Assembly: GCF_009914755.1 (NCBI RefSeq) | Contig: NC_060929.1 | Source of the DNA: the human T2T-CHM13v2.0 reference genome, Homo sapiens | Direction: 5' to 3' (one strand) | DNA: 64,000 bases | In this document: positions 27,375 to 40,155 of the stretch, in pieces | How positions within the stretch are numbered: the first letter of the stretch is position 1 | How the letters are laid out: each line of letters starts with the position of its first letter | Notes under the pieces: model-generated | The model's database searches: none | Seen by the model: only the letters and a program-made list of their open reading frames with translations | What the model was told of the DNA's origin: nothing | Translations under genes and position numbers: made by a program

Positions 27375-27930
27375 GTATCATTTAGAATTAGATTTGGCTA
27401 TGTAGTGCCTAGAAGTAGGCAAGCCAGCAGGGGACTCAAGCAGTTTTTACCCTTCTGCTCCACCATCTCTTTGTCACATGCTCTCGCCAAGCTACAAGGG
27501 CATCTTTATTCTGCCACTCCTGTAACTTCACACTACACATGGAATGAGCCCAAAGGCAAGGTGGAAGAGAGTGAACAAGATGACCTTAGAGGTCATGATT
27601 TCACTTCCAAACATAGCCATGAGACTTGCAAAGTGCAATGGGACATCATTTTAACATTTACAAAGGTATGGTCTTCATTTCCATGTACCATTATTGACCT
27701 CCACACATCAACAGACGGAATAGGTGGGAGAAAGAGGCAAATGGCAATGCCAACTGTTTCCTAAGGAAGGTTCCTAGCAGTGATCATGTTCCTTTTATAT
27801 CCCACTGGTCACTTGGTCTCACCAAGCTGCAAATGCATCTTTAGTCTGTGTGGTCAGAGGCCCAGTAAAAATATATATAAATATATATATTTCTCTGGGA
27901 AGGGTAAAATGGATATTGGGAGACAGGAAT
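27375..27930. mobile_element. Old MaLR LTR (MLT1-like) inside an L1ME fragment, interrupted by the duplicated segment
   Basis: ttagatttggct...ttctgctccaccatc...caagctgcaaa...aatggatattggg. Antisense L1 flanks it (ORF 27819-28034 begins GTLIHYWWSCKLLQPVW). Confidence 0.5.
27513..27663. repeat. Right copy of the local inverted duplication (partner 25822-25973)
   Basis: Reverse complement of 25822-25973. Confidence 0.95.
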
Positions 27931-28162
27931 AATCTTAGCCACATCTTAATGCATTTTGAGACACATTGCCAAATTGCTGTCCAGACAGGTTGTAACAACT
28001 TACATGACCACCAGTAATGTATGAGGGTACCCACTTCCTTACATTTCTGCTGACCTAGGTATTATTATTGCTTTCAACCTTTTGGGTGAAAAATGGTACC
28101 TAGCTTTATTTTGCATTTCCTAATCATTAATAATGCTGTTCACTTTAAAAACTTATGTTTAT

Positions 28163-28470
<308 letters not shown>

Positions 28471-31400
28471 CGTTTATTTACCATTTGTATTTTGGCTTTA
28501 GGGCCAGGACCAGGGTGGGAGATACAGTGAGACTGCCTTGTTCTTCAGAGAGCCATAAGAACAATGAATAGAAGCAACAGGGGACAGTGGCAAATGAAAG
28601 AGAAACAGGTTGATTTGGGGGCTGATAAAGAAGACAGTTTGAGAGAGAGACTTTACTAACATATGCCCCAGAGAGGTCAGTTCCCATGGATGTGCCCAGC
28701 AGCAGCAGCAGGAGGCCCAGGCCCTTCCTAGCTCTTGCACTCATCGACATCACGGATGCTCATTCTCTCCTCACCCCATAGTTCCATTAGGCCTCCTTTC
28801 CCAAGACCTCAACTGTCTGCAGTTTGCAGGGATGATCTGGAGCCAGGGAAATCTCTTGTCTTCTCCTACTACCTACCTCTCCCATGAGCATTGTGGATAG
28901 AGGAATGATCTCTGATTTCTGGCAGTGAGGTAAGCTCTTGGCAGTCCAAACTGATATGTGAATGGCTTGACCTATGGAAAGGAGAGAGACTCGTGATCCC
29001 CACATACTGTGGTTCATTCAGGCACATGCTGGAATAAATGAACAACTATTGAGGTTGCCCTAGGGACCTAACCATTATTTACAACATTATAACTCCAAGA
29101 AAATTTACACAACTGGTTTCCAAACACATCTTTGAAACCCGACCTCTTAGCATGTTGGGGACTGCTTATAGATTTAGTGACATGGGACTTGGAAAAGCTC
29201 ACAGGAAAAGCAGCAGAAGAGCAGAGTGGGAAGTTGGCAGCTACCCTCTGTGGGAAGGATTGGTTAATCCAGAGAGAAGGCTGGCCATACATTCTCAGTC
29301 GGATGTTCTTGGCTTCATCTCCACTGATGGCAGAGAAAGCGAATCATTGTAAGCAGCGCTGCTTGCAGCAGAATCGTGAATGGACAAAGGAGATGGCCAG
29401 GGGTCCCTTCTCCAGTCCAGCTCCCATTCTCTTTGCCCCACATGCCTTGTCTTCTCCTGCTGGATACTGCTGTAAAGGAAGGGACTGTTCTGATGATTAT
29501 TTTCTTTGGGGTAGACTTAAGTCTGCTAACTCTGTTTTTGTTAGATGGAGAAAGTCAAATGGTAACTCAAAGTTCAAGTTCTAATGGGGGCGTCCAGGCA
29601 AGTGTGGCTTGTAAGAAGGACAGAGGGAAGAGGTTTGGGGACTGGGTAACTCACTTTATTGCCTGGCAGGCCAGCTCTGATGGTGAGAGATCAGTTCCCA
29701 TGGATGTGTCCTGCCTGTCGTTGGCACTGGTTAAGAGAACTTTGGAACCGTAAATAAGAAGCCTTAACTCCCACACACTGAACTGTGTATGATTTCCTGT
29801 TCTTAACAGAAAGGAGTGTGACAATTGATTACCAGAGCAGTGAATGAATATTCACAGCTGATTTTTAACTTGGCCAACTTCATGTAAAACTGAACCGGCT
29901 GTGGGCAGATAAGGAGCTGGAACTGTGGTTGGTGTCTATATGAAAAATAGTTCTGTAGATGAACTTTACTCTTGTTTGAATGTCATGCTTCAGAAAACAA
30001 TGGGTTTTAAGCCCAAATTTTGAGGCGAGGGCTTAAAAAACACCTGCAGTTCACTAACCCAGGACTCTTTTCCTTCCAGGAGGCAGATATGCTACACAGG
30101 TGGCACTTTGGGAGTCACAATAACTGTTTGCCATATAATACGTTTTCCTTTATTTCTTCTTTTTAAAATTGGAATATTATGTTATTTTAGACTGGAATTA
30201 ACAAAAAGCTTTCTTTTGGGAAAGGGAGTGCTACCTCTTGGAAGTGGCTGCCTGGAACATTGTGTTTAGAAGGATTCTGAGGCTGTGTCTGGGCTAAGAG
30301 AGAAAGAGCAAAGTGACTCACTAGTGATTTCTGCCACGGGATTGGAGTGGCAGTGGGTGGCCCGAGTGCGCCTCATTTGCCATCCCTGTATTTGACTGCA
30401 TAGTATCCTGTGGCATTCTGGAATCATGGAGATAGCAACCGAGGCTCCTGAATCACACACCTGGCTAAAGGCTCCTGTTATACCTACCTCTGTCATTTAA
30501 GTGAGAAGTTATATTTACTGTTCTTGCTATTGTCCCCAGAAAAAAATTACCTTCCTTTGTGAGCTGGAATATTTGACATGCTTAACTCGGGATCATATTG
30601 TCAACAGTTTTGTGTTGGGGATGGGAAAGGATTTTCAATGGCTATGTTTTGCCTCAGTGTCAGCCACAGGGGGGTCTGATTAGGAGAGGGATTGGCAGGC
30701 TTGAGCAAATTGGGCACGGCTTCTGGGAAGAGCTGAACTGAAGATAGTTTCTTTCCCTACCTTACAATTATGTGAGGACACATTTAATTATTTATCCTGG
30801 CTTTGTATCATTTTGGTCTTTTCCTGCTGAAAAGTTTAGGGCCCAGATTCTTTAGGCTGAGAGGAGCTGCAGTGCAGGGAAGATGCCTTGTTTTGGGGTG
30901 AGAAGAGTTAGCCTTCGGCAGAGGTCTGTTTAGGGGAAAGCTAGGCTCCTTGGGTGGATTTGGGGAAGCAAAAGGAGAGCTTCAGGAAAGGAGGAGTACC
31001 TCTTATTGGAGTTTGAGGCAGACAGAGCCTTCTGTTTTGGATTTGTTTGATTCTCTCAGGCTTGTTTAATGATAAAATTGTGATCTTGTCAAATATTAAA
31101 AAAAAAACCATAGTCTTTTGATCCATTTAAGCAGATCCTTTCGAGTAGAGATAAAAGTGAGACAATCCTGTTAAGCTAGTCAAAGAGAGCCTGACTGACA
31201 ACAATCAGATGGTATGTTCCCAAATATACCTACCCATGATGCCCTCCCTGCCACCGGCATTGAATTTTTTTCCTGTTTCCATAGGGACCCTGTACTCTGT
31301 TGCTATGGTGTCCGACGTGGTTCAGAGGAACCTACCAGTAAATACAGGGGAAGGCCTTTTGTCCACATACCGTGCCAGCAGAAATTCCAATTTTCCCACA

Positions 31401-32569
31401 CATCTATCGGAACCTAAACTTCTGCTTTCCAGTTTGGGTCGTTGGTCTCTGCTAGCAGGGAAGATAGGAAATCTAATAAATAACAAGAAACCTTTGTTGC
31501 TTTACTGATTGACAATGCTTGCTCAGTGTTTAGGATTTTATAAATAGAAACTAAGAATTTAATTTTTAAAAAATCCACTATAAATTCAAGATAGCCTCAA
31601 TCTAAACAGAAGGAGATCATATCTGCTGCCTATTTTTTTTTTTCTTGAGAAAGCCTGACTTTAGAGTCCCATGGAGACAGGGTCAAAAGGAAATAATGAA
31701 AAAATCCTTGCCTTATCTCTAGAAAATTAGTTCCTGAAATTGCAGTCTTTGCAGGACAGGTAGGATTTTTACAGGCCTAATAATTTATGCAATCCCCTTG
31801 CAGGGATAGAAAATGGCTAAAATAAAAGCCAAGAACTGAGAAGCAATTTTTATTGTACTATGGTTCAAATCTTTTCAGGGCAAAGTAATTTAAAAATAAT
31901 GGAAAAAACACAGTTTGATCTAAGTGACCAACCACAAAACATTGACATGACCAGGTGGTGACAGAACTTGCATGTTTTTAGTCTGGTATAGCGCCGGCCA
32001 GCGCTTTTACAGATAATCCAGTGGTAAACCTAGTGCATCCATCTGGGCCACACACAAGAGATGCTAAAGGAGGGAGAGATTGATGCGCTGGTAGAATCAA
32101 TGCTGCACTGACATTCTTCTTTCCTTTGGTTGTAGTAGTAGCCCAAGGTCCAGACCTATATTGCTTATTGATAACCAATTCTAAAAAAGGCTGGAAAAAA
32201 ATCAGAGAGCTCCAAGAGAGTTAAGACAGAGAAACTCAGACTTCTTGATTCAAGTGACAGAAGGCAGCATTAGCTCAAGGTGGGCCTCCCTGACCGGCTG
32301 GCCACGTTGGAAGGGCAAAAGTGGTTATGGCAAGTTTAAAGATATGGCCATCAAAGTAATGTAGATTTAAGCTAAAAAACAATAGCTAAGTTAATTTATT
32401 GTACTTAGCATGAAATTGAGGGACATAAAAGGAAATATGCCACCATGAATGAAACATACATGTTGATCCAGGGAGGAGAATAGGTTTCCAGAAACTTGGA
32501 TCCTAGGCATTATCTGTAGTTGAATCCCTCTAGTGTGAGATATGGAATACTCATCCTGCAGAATTCACT

Positions 32570-32830
32570 GTTGCATTATCCAGTTAGTTTGGGAAATGCA
32601 GTATGTTGGATCCCATTTCTTGAAGATTTGCTTCAGCCTATTAAAGGCTCTGGGAATGCCTGCAGTAAAGGCATGTCTCAAACTTTTTTGACCATGGAAT
32701 TCCTTACTCCCTATACCCTCTTCCCTTTTCTTTCCCCAAGAACATAAGGGAAGAAATAGTTCTCTGGATCTACTTACTTGGAAAACACTGCTTTGAGGGA
32801 TTTTGTTTTCTGTAAACATACACTGGGTAA
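32570..32830. mobile_element. Probable hAT-Charlie fossil (MER112-like)
   Basis: agtttgggaaatgc...tattaaaggctctgggaatgcctgcagtaaag...aaacttttttgaccatggaa. Confidence 0.5.
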
Positions 32831-33263
32831 TTTTAAATATTTATAATTTATTTGAGACTCTTTGGACCTGTAATTTCTTCTAAGGACAATTATATTATCT
32901 GTTCTAACAACTCAAGAAAGGGAAAGCTTTAGTTGAAGCTGGAAGGCTATAATAGATACTTCCTTACCTTTGCTATGGCATGGAGGAGATGCGTATTTTA
33001 CTGCCTCATTGATGGGGACAACTTCTTCTAGACCTCTCCCCCAAATTTTGAACTATTATCAACAGAGGTATTTTATGACAAACAGTTGTTCACCAAAAGT
33101 AGAGCTGTCAATAAATATGCATATAAAGTGGCTCCTGATGTGAAATTCAAAATAACTACATGATCGGTTAATAGGGTAGAGAGAAAGAAAAGAATCAAAA
33201 TAGCTATATAAATGATAGATCGGGCAGCTGATACAGGGTCAAAAAAGTGAAATGAAGACAAAA

Positions 33264-33374
33264 GGGAGACTGAGGTGGGAGGATCACTTCAGCCTGGGAG
33301 GTAGAGGTTACAGTGAGCTGAGATTGTGCCACTGCACTCCAGGATAGGTGACAGAACAAGACCCTGCCTCAAAA

Positions 33375-33413
<39 letters not shown>

Positions 33414-33415
33414 AA
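33264..33415 (+). mobile_element. Alu right-arm fragment (J/FRAM-like) with (AAAT)n tail of about 10 units
   Basis: gggagactgaggtgggaggatcactt...gaccctgcctc followed by aaat repeats. Confidence 0.88.
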
Positions 33416-36400
33416 TTTAAAAACAGGAGAAAGAAAAAAAAAAGTGACCCATCTAAGAACTTAAAATCCCTTTATTCTGTGTTCTTTTAGGACCATCACT
33501 TAGCAGGGGCTGGATGATCTGATGCATAATTGTAGGGGTTTTAGGGCCCATACAATTTTATATTTTAAACAATTTTAACTTAAAACTTGAGACTTTCATC
33601 TTCCATGGAAAAATCAGGCTATTGGTAACACTGGCTTGATATTCCTATGTGGCAACAGACAAGAAACTGAAGGAAAGCATCCCACTTTGGATGAGCAAGT
33701 GCTCCCTGAATTTCCCCAGGTCTAACCTGATTTGTAATAGTTCTTTAATTTATCCATGTGGCCTCTGAAGGCATTTGAGTTTGTGTTCCCTGGTTTTGGG
33801 GCATTCTCATAGCAAAGGTTCTGCTGCCAGCTTTCTCTTGAAACTGTAGCACTTCTCCTTTTGAAGAAATTCTAACTGCTTGATTTATACATTTGAATTA
33901 AGACTTTCATACCGAAATGCAAAGGTTCCTGACAAGGGAAATAATCTCAGCTGTTGTTATTAGTCATTGACTCCATTTATTCTCAAGCTGGTGTAGACAG
34001 GGAAAGAGAGTGGAAAGAACATGAGGGCACCAGAGTTCTAGAGGAAATGTCCAGGGACCACCACTAAGGAGGGAGAAGGGGCAAAAGAAACTGAGTGGGA
34101 AAAGTGGTACTCTAATTATGACTTCCACTGCCCTATTAACTTTCTCTAGGGCTGGCCTTTATTATTCATATGTGATTCAGATGTATTGGATAACCGGAAG
34201 CAAAATGACAGCAAGATGAAATAGGGCAGACCAGGGGAAATGCCATGTGGTGGAAAACATGCTGTGGGAAACAATATTTGTAAAAGAATTTATGGCTCCA
34301 TAGAGAGTGGTCAGGGCAAGAGAAATGCCATTCTAAAAACAGAAGAGCCTGGGATGGCACTTCCTGTGCATAGAAGCGTCATGCTTTCCTTATAGACACA
34401 GACATGGCAGGACCAGCTGGTAAATAATTTGTCCCAAATGAAGGTACCTTCCTTCTGATTTCTTCCCTAAACAATATGCTGACGATTTTGAAATCCTTCT
34501 CAAATTGAATCAATTTGCAGTTGTATCATCAGACCTGTTGTAGGTTCAGTTGTTAGGAATTTGTGCTCAGGAAAACTAGAGTTTATTCCAGTGCTGGTTA
34601 ACATTTTGATGTTTTAGTCCATTAAGGTCATGTTACTTACGTTACTTAAATCTGACTCAACCTATAGAGACACACTGTGAGAGTTGTGGCCAGAATAGAT
34701 AATGCCTATGTAAGTGTGGAATTAAGCTAAAAACTCTTTCTGTTTTCAAATAAATGAATAGGATTATGTGCCCCACAGATGGTATTTCAATCCCTTGTGT
34801 GGGATCCATTACAACAGACTATTTCAACACAAGCTGTTTTGTTTTTTTTTTTTTCTGTATGAGTCAATTACTTTGTAGAGGAAAAGCTTAGTAGAACATC
34901 ACATTGTCATTTTTTAGTATTAGCAGTTCCCCAAATAAATATTTATTGGGAGGGTCTAAAGCCAATACCTTCATAGGCATTTAAAGAGCTCTACCCTCCA
35001 GTGATGACAGACTCTTAGTTAAATTGAATAGTATGTACATAGAGGATTTGAGTGTTAGCTCAGATTTTTTTTTTTCTCTATGGAGAGAGGGCTCTTTGCC
35101 TTTCTGTAAAAGTTCTCCTCTTACTCTAGGGTTTTTTTTTGTTGTTTAAACAGCTTCATGGAGGTAAAATTGACATACAATAAGCTGCACATTTTAAAAG
35201 GTACAATTTGATAAATATTGACATATGTACACAACCCTTAAACCCTCACCTCAATTATGATAGTGAACCTATACATCACATACAAATGTTTCCTCATACC
35301 CTTTTGTAATTTCTCCTATCCACCCCTCCCTGCTCAGGCAACCATTGATCAGCTTTCTGTCACTCTAGATTGCTTCGTATTTTCTAGAGCTTTATATAAG
35401 TGGACTCATAGAGTATTCTCGCTTTTATATCTGATTTCTTTTACTCATCATAATCATTTTGAGATTTATGACATTGCCCTATGCACTGTTAGCTCATTCC
35501 TTTTTATTGCTGAGTAGGATTCTATTGTATAGCTATACCACAATTTATACTTTCATGTACTTAGCACATTTGGATTTTTTCCAGTTTTTGACAATTACAC
35601 ATAAAACTTCTCTGAAAACTTATGTACACATCTTTGTATGGGCATACATATGCTTTCATTTCTCTTGGGTAATACCTGGAGTTGGATGGCTGAACCACTT
35701 GGTAGTTGATACAGAAGTGTTCAGAGATACTTTATTTGAAATAGCCAAAATCTGGAAATGTTTGGTATTGCTTTGAATCTATACAACTATTGGAGGAGAA
35801 TCGATATCTTATTAATAGAGTCATCTGACTCACAAACAAGTGCTGTCTCACTATTTAAGATAATGTGTATATTGTGCTGTTGTTGGGTAAAGTGTTCTAT
35901 AAATGTCAAATAGATCAAATTGATTGACAGCTTTTTTCAATTCTTCTTTACTTTCTCTCAACAATGTTGTTTGTTTTTAGTGTACAGGTCCTTCACATCT
36001 TTGGCTTGATTTGTCCTTAAGTATTTCATATTTTTTGAGGTTATTGTAAATGGCTATTCAATTTCTGATTGTTGCTAATATATAGAAATATAATTGAGGT
36101 TTTGCGTAGTGACTTTTATCTGTAATTTTGTTAAGTGCTCTTTTTTTAGTAGTTTTTTTGTAAATTCCATTAGATTTTCTAAATACATATATTTACATAG
36201 TCTGTAAATTAAGGCAGTTTTACTTCTTCCTTCCTAATCTATATAAGCTTTATTTCTTTTCCTTGCCTTATTACACTTGCTAGAACCCCCAGTATCATGC
36301 TGAATAGAAATTGTAAGAGCAAGAATCCTTGTTCTGTTGTTAATCTTAGAGGAAAGCATTTCATTCTTTTACCATTGACTATGTTAGTAGTAGGTTTTAC

Positions 36401-36554
36401 ATATTTGCCCTTTATCAGGTTGAGGAAACGCCCTTCTGTTTCTAGTTTGCAGAAATTTTTTGTTAGGAATAAATACATTTTTCTAAATGCTTGCTAAATG
36501 CAGGCATCTTTTGAAATAACCATATATGTGATTATTGTATCATTCAGGTCTACT

Positions 36555-36662
36555 TAGGTTATATATATGTATATGAAGGAACTATATATATAGGTTATAT
36601 ATATATGTATGAAGGAACATATATATGTGTGTATATATATGTGTGTGTATATATATATATAT
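36555..36662. repeat. TA-rich repeat with a duplicated ~35-bp unit
   Basis: taggttatatat...tatgaaggaac occurs twice in tandem, followed by (TA)/(TG) runs. Confidence 0.85.
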
Positions 36663-38099
36663 GTTGGAACAAACCTCACATGGTCATAAAGTTTAATCCT
36701 TTTACATATTGTTGGATTTAATTCACTAAAATTTTGTTTAGAATCTTTGCACCTATGTGAGTGATACTTGTTTGTAGTTTGTTTCTTTCTTACTGCAAAT
36801 GTCTCTGGTTTTAGTGTTAAGGTAATTTTGGCCTCACAGTTGGGAAGCTGGGAAGTAGTCTCTGGCCTTCAATTTTCTGGAATAAGTTTTTTTTAGAATT
36901 GGTATTATTTCCTCTTTTAATTCTTGGTATAATTCATCATTGAAACCATCTGGAATTGGAGGTTTTTTAAAATGGGAAAGCTTTTAACTATAATTTAATT
37001 GCTTTAAAATATATAGGTCCATTCAGGTTATTTATTTCTACTTGAATAAGCTTTAGCAGTTTCTTCATTTCATCTAGGTTATCAAATTTATTGGCATAAA
37101 GTTTTTATTAACATTTACCTGTAAAAAAATCTATAGATTTTATGGCGATATCACTTCTCTCATTTCTAATACCAGTAATTTGTGTCTTCTCTCTTTTTTT
37201 CCTGGTAAGTATAGTTAGAAGTTGATCCGTTTTGCTGATCTTCTCAAAGAACTAGGTTTTACTTTTGTTGATTTTCTCTTTTGCTTTTCTGTTTTTTATT
37301 TTATTGATTTCAGCTTTGATTTTTATTATTTCTTTTACTCCCCCTTTCACTGGGGTTTAATTTGATCTTTGTTTTCTAGTTTCTTAAGGTGGAAGCTGAG
37401 ATAATTTCAGAGTTTTCTTCTTTCATAATGTAGGCATTTGGTGCTATAAAATTTCCTCTATGTGCTGCTTTAAGAGCATTTGACAATTTTGACATGTTGT
37501 GATTTTGTTTTCATTTACTTTAAAATACTTTCTGATTAATATATCTTTTGATTTCTTCATTGACTTTGAGTTATTTAGAAGTATGTTATTCAGTTCCAAA
37601 TATTTAGAAGGATTTTCCAGATATCTTGCTGTTACTGATTTCTAACTAAATTTCCTTATGGTTAGAAAACTGCTTTGCATGCGTTGAATCTTTTAAAATT
37701 GATTGAGATTTGTTTTATTTCATAGAATATAACTTGATTATTGTTCTGTATGTTCTTGAAAAGCAAATATATTCTGCTGTTATTGGGTGGAGCGTACTAT
37801 AAATATTAATTACATCAAGTTGGTTTTTAGTTTCAAATCTACTATATCTTTTCTTATTTTCTTTTTAATAGTTCTATCAATTATTAAGACTAGTTATTCA
37901 AATCTCCTGCTTTAATTGTATCTATTTCTCATTGCAGTTTTTGAAACTGTTATTAGATGCATAAATGTTTAGGATTATTATTTCATTATAATGAATTGAA
38001 CATGTTATCATTATAAAGTGACCTTCATTATCTCTAATAATAGTCTTTGTTCTGGAATCTTCATTTGATATTAATATAGCTACTCCAGCTTTCTTTTGA

Positions 38100-38446
<347 letters not shown>

Positions 38447-39892
38447 AAATATTTGCGTTTTTATCAAGTGTGTTTCTTGTACTTATAAGCAGCATATTGT
38501 TAGGTCTTACATTTTTAATCCAATCTGTTAATATCTGTCTTTTAATTTAGATATTAGACCATTTATGGTTAATATGATTATTGATGTAGTTAGATTTGAT
38601 TTCTTCTTGTCCTGTTTTTTGTTCTCATTTTTCTCTTTTATACTTTTACTTTAAGTTGAATATTTTTTATAATTCTATTTTATCTTCTTCATTGGCTTAC
38701 TAGCTATAACTGTTAGTTGTATTGTTTTTGTGGTTGTTTTGGGGTTTATAGTATCCACATTTAACTGTTCTCACATTGTAATTTGAGGCAAAATGATGCT
38801 TCAGGGAGAGAATGAGGTATGTATCTAATGGCCAGATTTCTAATTCCCCTCATATCTTTTGGTCATCCCACTTGCACTAGGTCGTGACACCTTTACTTAA
38901 AATGTATGGCAGAAGTTCTGAGTTCTTGTATCTCCTCCTTATATAGATGGGTCTTCCATTTTTCTGCTAGTATAGATTTTTATTTAATTTAGTAACTGAC
39001 TCACCTGAAAGATCGTTCAAAAGAGCAGTGTATTAGTTACAAATCATGTTTTACTGCAATAAATAGAGATTTGAAAAATAGAAACATATACATAATAAGG
39101 ATCCTTATGTCATGATAAGTCTGGAAGTGGGTGGTTTATGGCACTTATTTATCCATGCAAAGAATTCAGAGTGAAGGGTTCCATGATTCTCTTGGTCCTT
39201 CCCTCAGAGTTGCCTGGTGCTTTTTGCAGATTCAGCCATGTCTTCACACCGGGCAGCAGGAAGGAGAAAGAGAAGGGGAGTCGCACTTACCACCTGAATC
39301 TGTCTCTTGAAACTGTTTTCCACATAGGCATTTCAATCTAGAAAGAGGGACAATAAATGTAGTTTATTGCTGACGTCACTGCTGGCCCTGGTACAAGTAA
39401 GATTCTGTTAATAAAGGTTGAAGGTTAGACATTGGGTGTACAATTGGCAATGTCTGCCAAAGATACTGCCAGTAATAGCTCTTTGTACTTGCCCTTAAAT
39501 GACACGAAAGCCCTATAAGGAATGGAGAGAAAAGACTTATAGATACAAAGTTTTTGTATTATTATTATTACATTTACTAAGTGCAAACATCTAGGTTCCT
39601 AGCATTCTCAAGCTCTTTCCACCACTGATCAGCCATTTATGGACATCACACATGTGGACCACTGGTGGCTGTGGGGTAAGAGCCCTTGACCCCAAGTAAA
39701 ACGTTATGGAACTTCAGGGATGGGATGCAAGGAAAAAAGTGTGTGAAGCAGCTGTTTTTGGGCACTCCTCCCTGCAACATTATTTCAAAGATATCCACTT
39801 TTTCAGCTCAGATGTTTTATCTTTCATGAGATCCCCTTGATCTCACCCCAGTTGGAATTAACTGCTTCCACAGTCCCCACAGTATTGTTATA

Positions 39893-40155
39893 ACAGTTTT
39901 GTTGAGATGTAATTCACATACCATACAATTCAACCATTTAAAGTGTACAATTCAACCATTTTTAGTATATTCACAAAGTTGTACAGCCATCACATAATCA
40001 AGTTTTGAACATTTTCATCATCTCAATACAACCCCTGTACCTACTACCCATCAATCCACGTTAACCCACAGCCCTAGACAACCAACTAATATCCTGTCTA
40101 TCCATATGGAATTGTCCATTTGGACATTTCAAATAAATTGAGTCATTCAATATGC
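39893..40155 (-). mobile_element. L1M 3' end fragment
   Basis: ttgagatgtaattcacataccatacaattcaaccatttaaagtgtacaattc...cagccctagacaaccaactaat. Confidence 0.8.

Noticed and set aside
29132-29753. 150-aa and 125-aa overlapping ORFs in unique DNA
   Set aside because: TTG/GTG starts, no motif or splice support, and locally higher GC lowers stop frequency.
30005-30038. 10-bp stem ttttaagccc / gggcttaaaa resembling a terminator
   Set aside because: Short stem plausible by chance; intrinsic terminators do not apply to a Pol II intron.
39444-39460. NFI-like palindrome ttggca-atgtc-tgccaa
   Set aside because: The spacer is 2 nt longer than the TTGGC-N5-GCCAA consensus.
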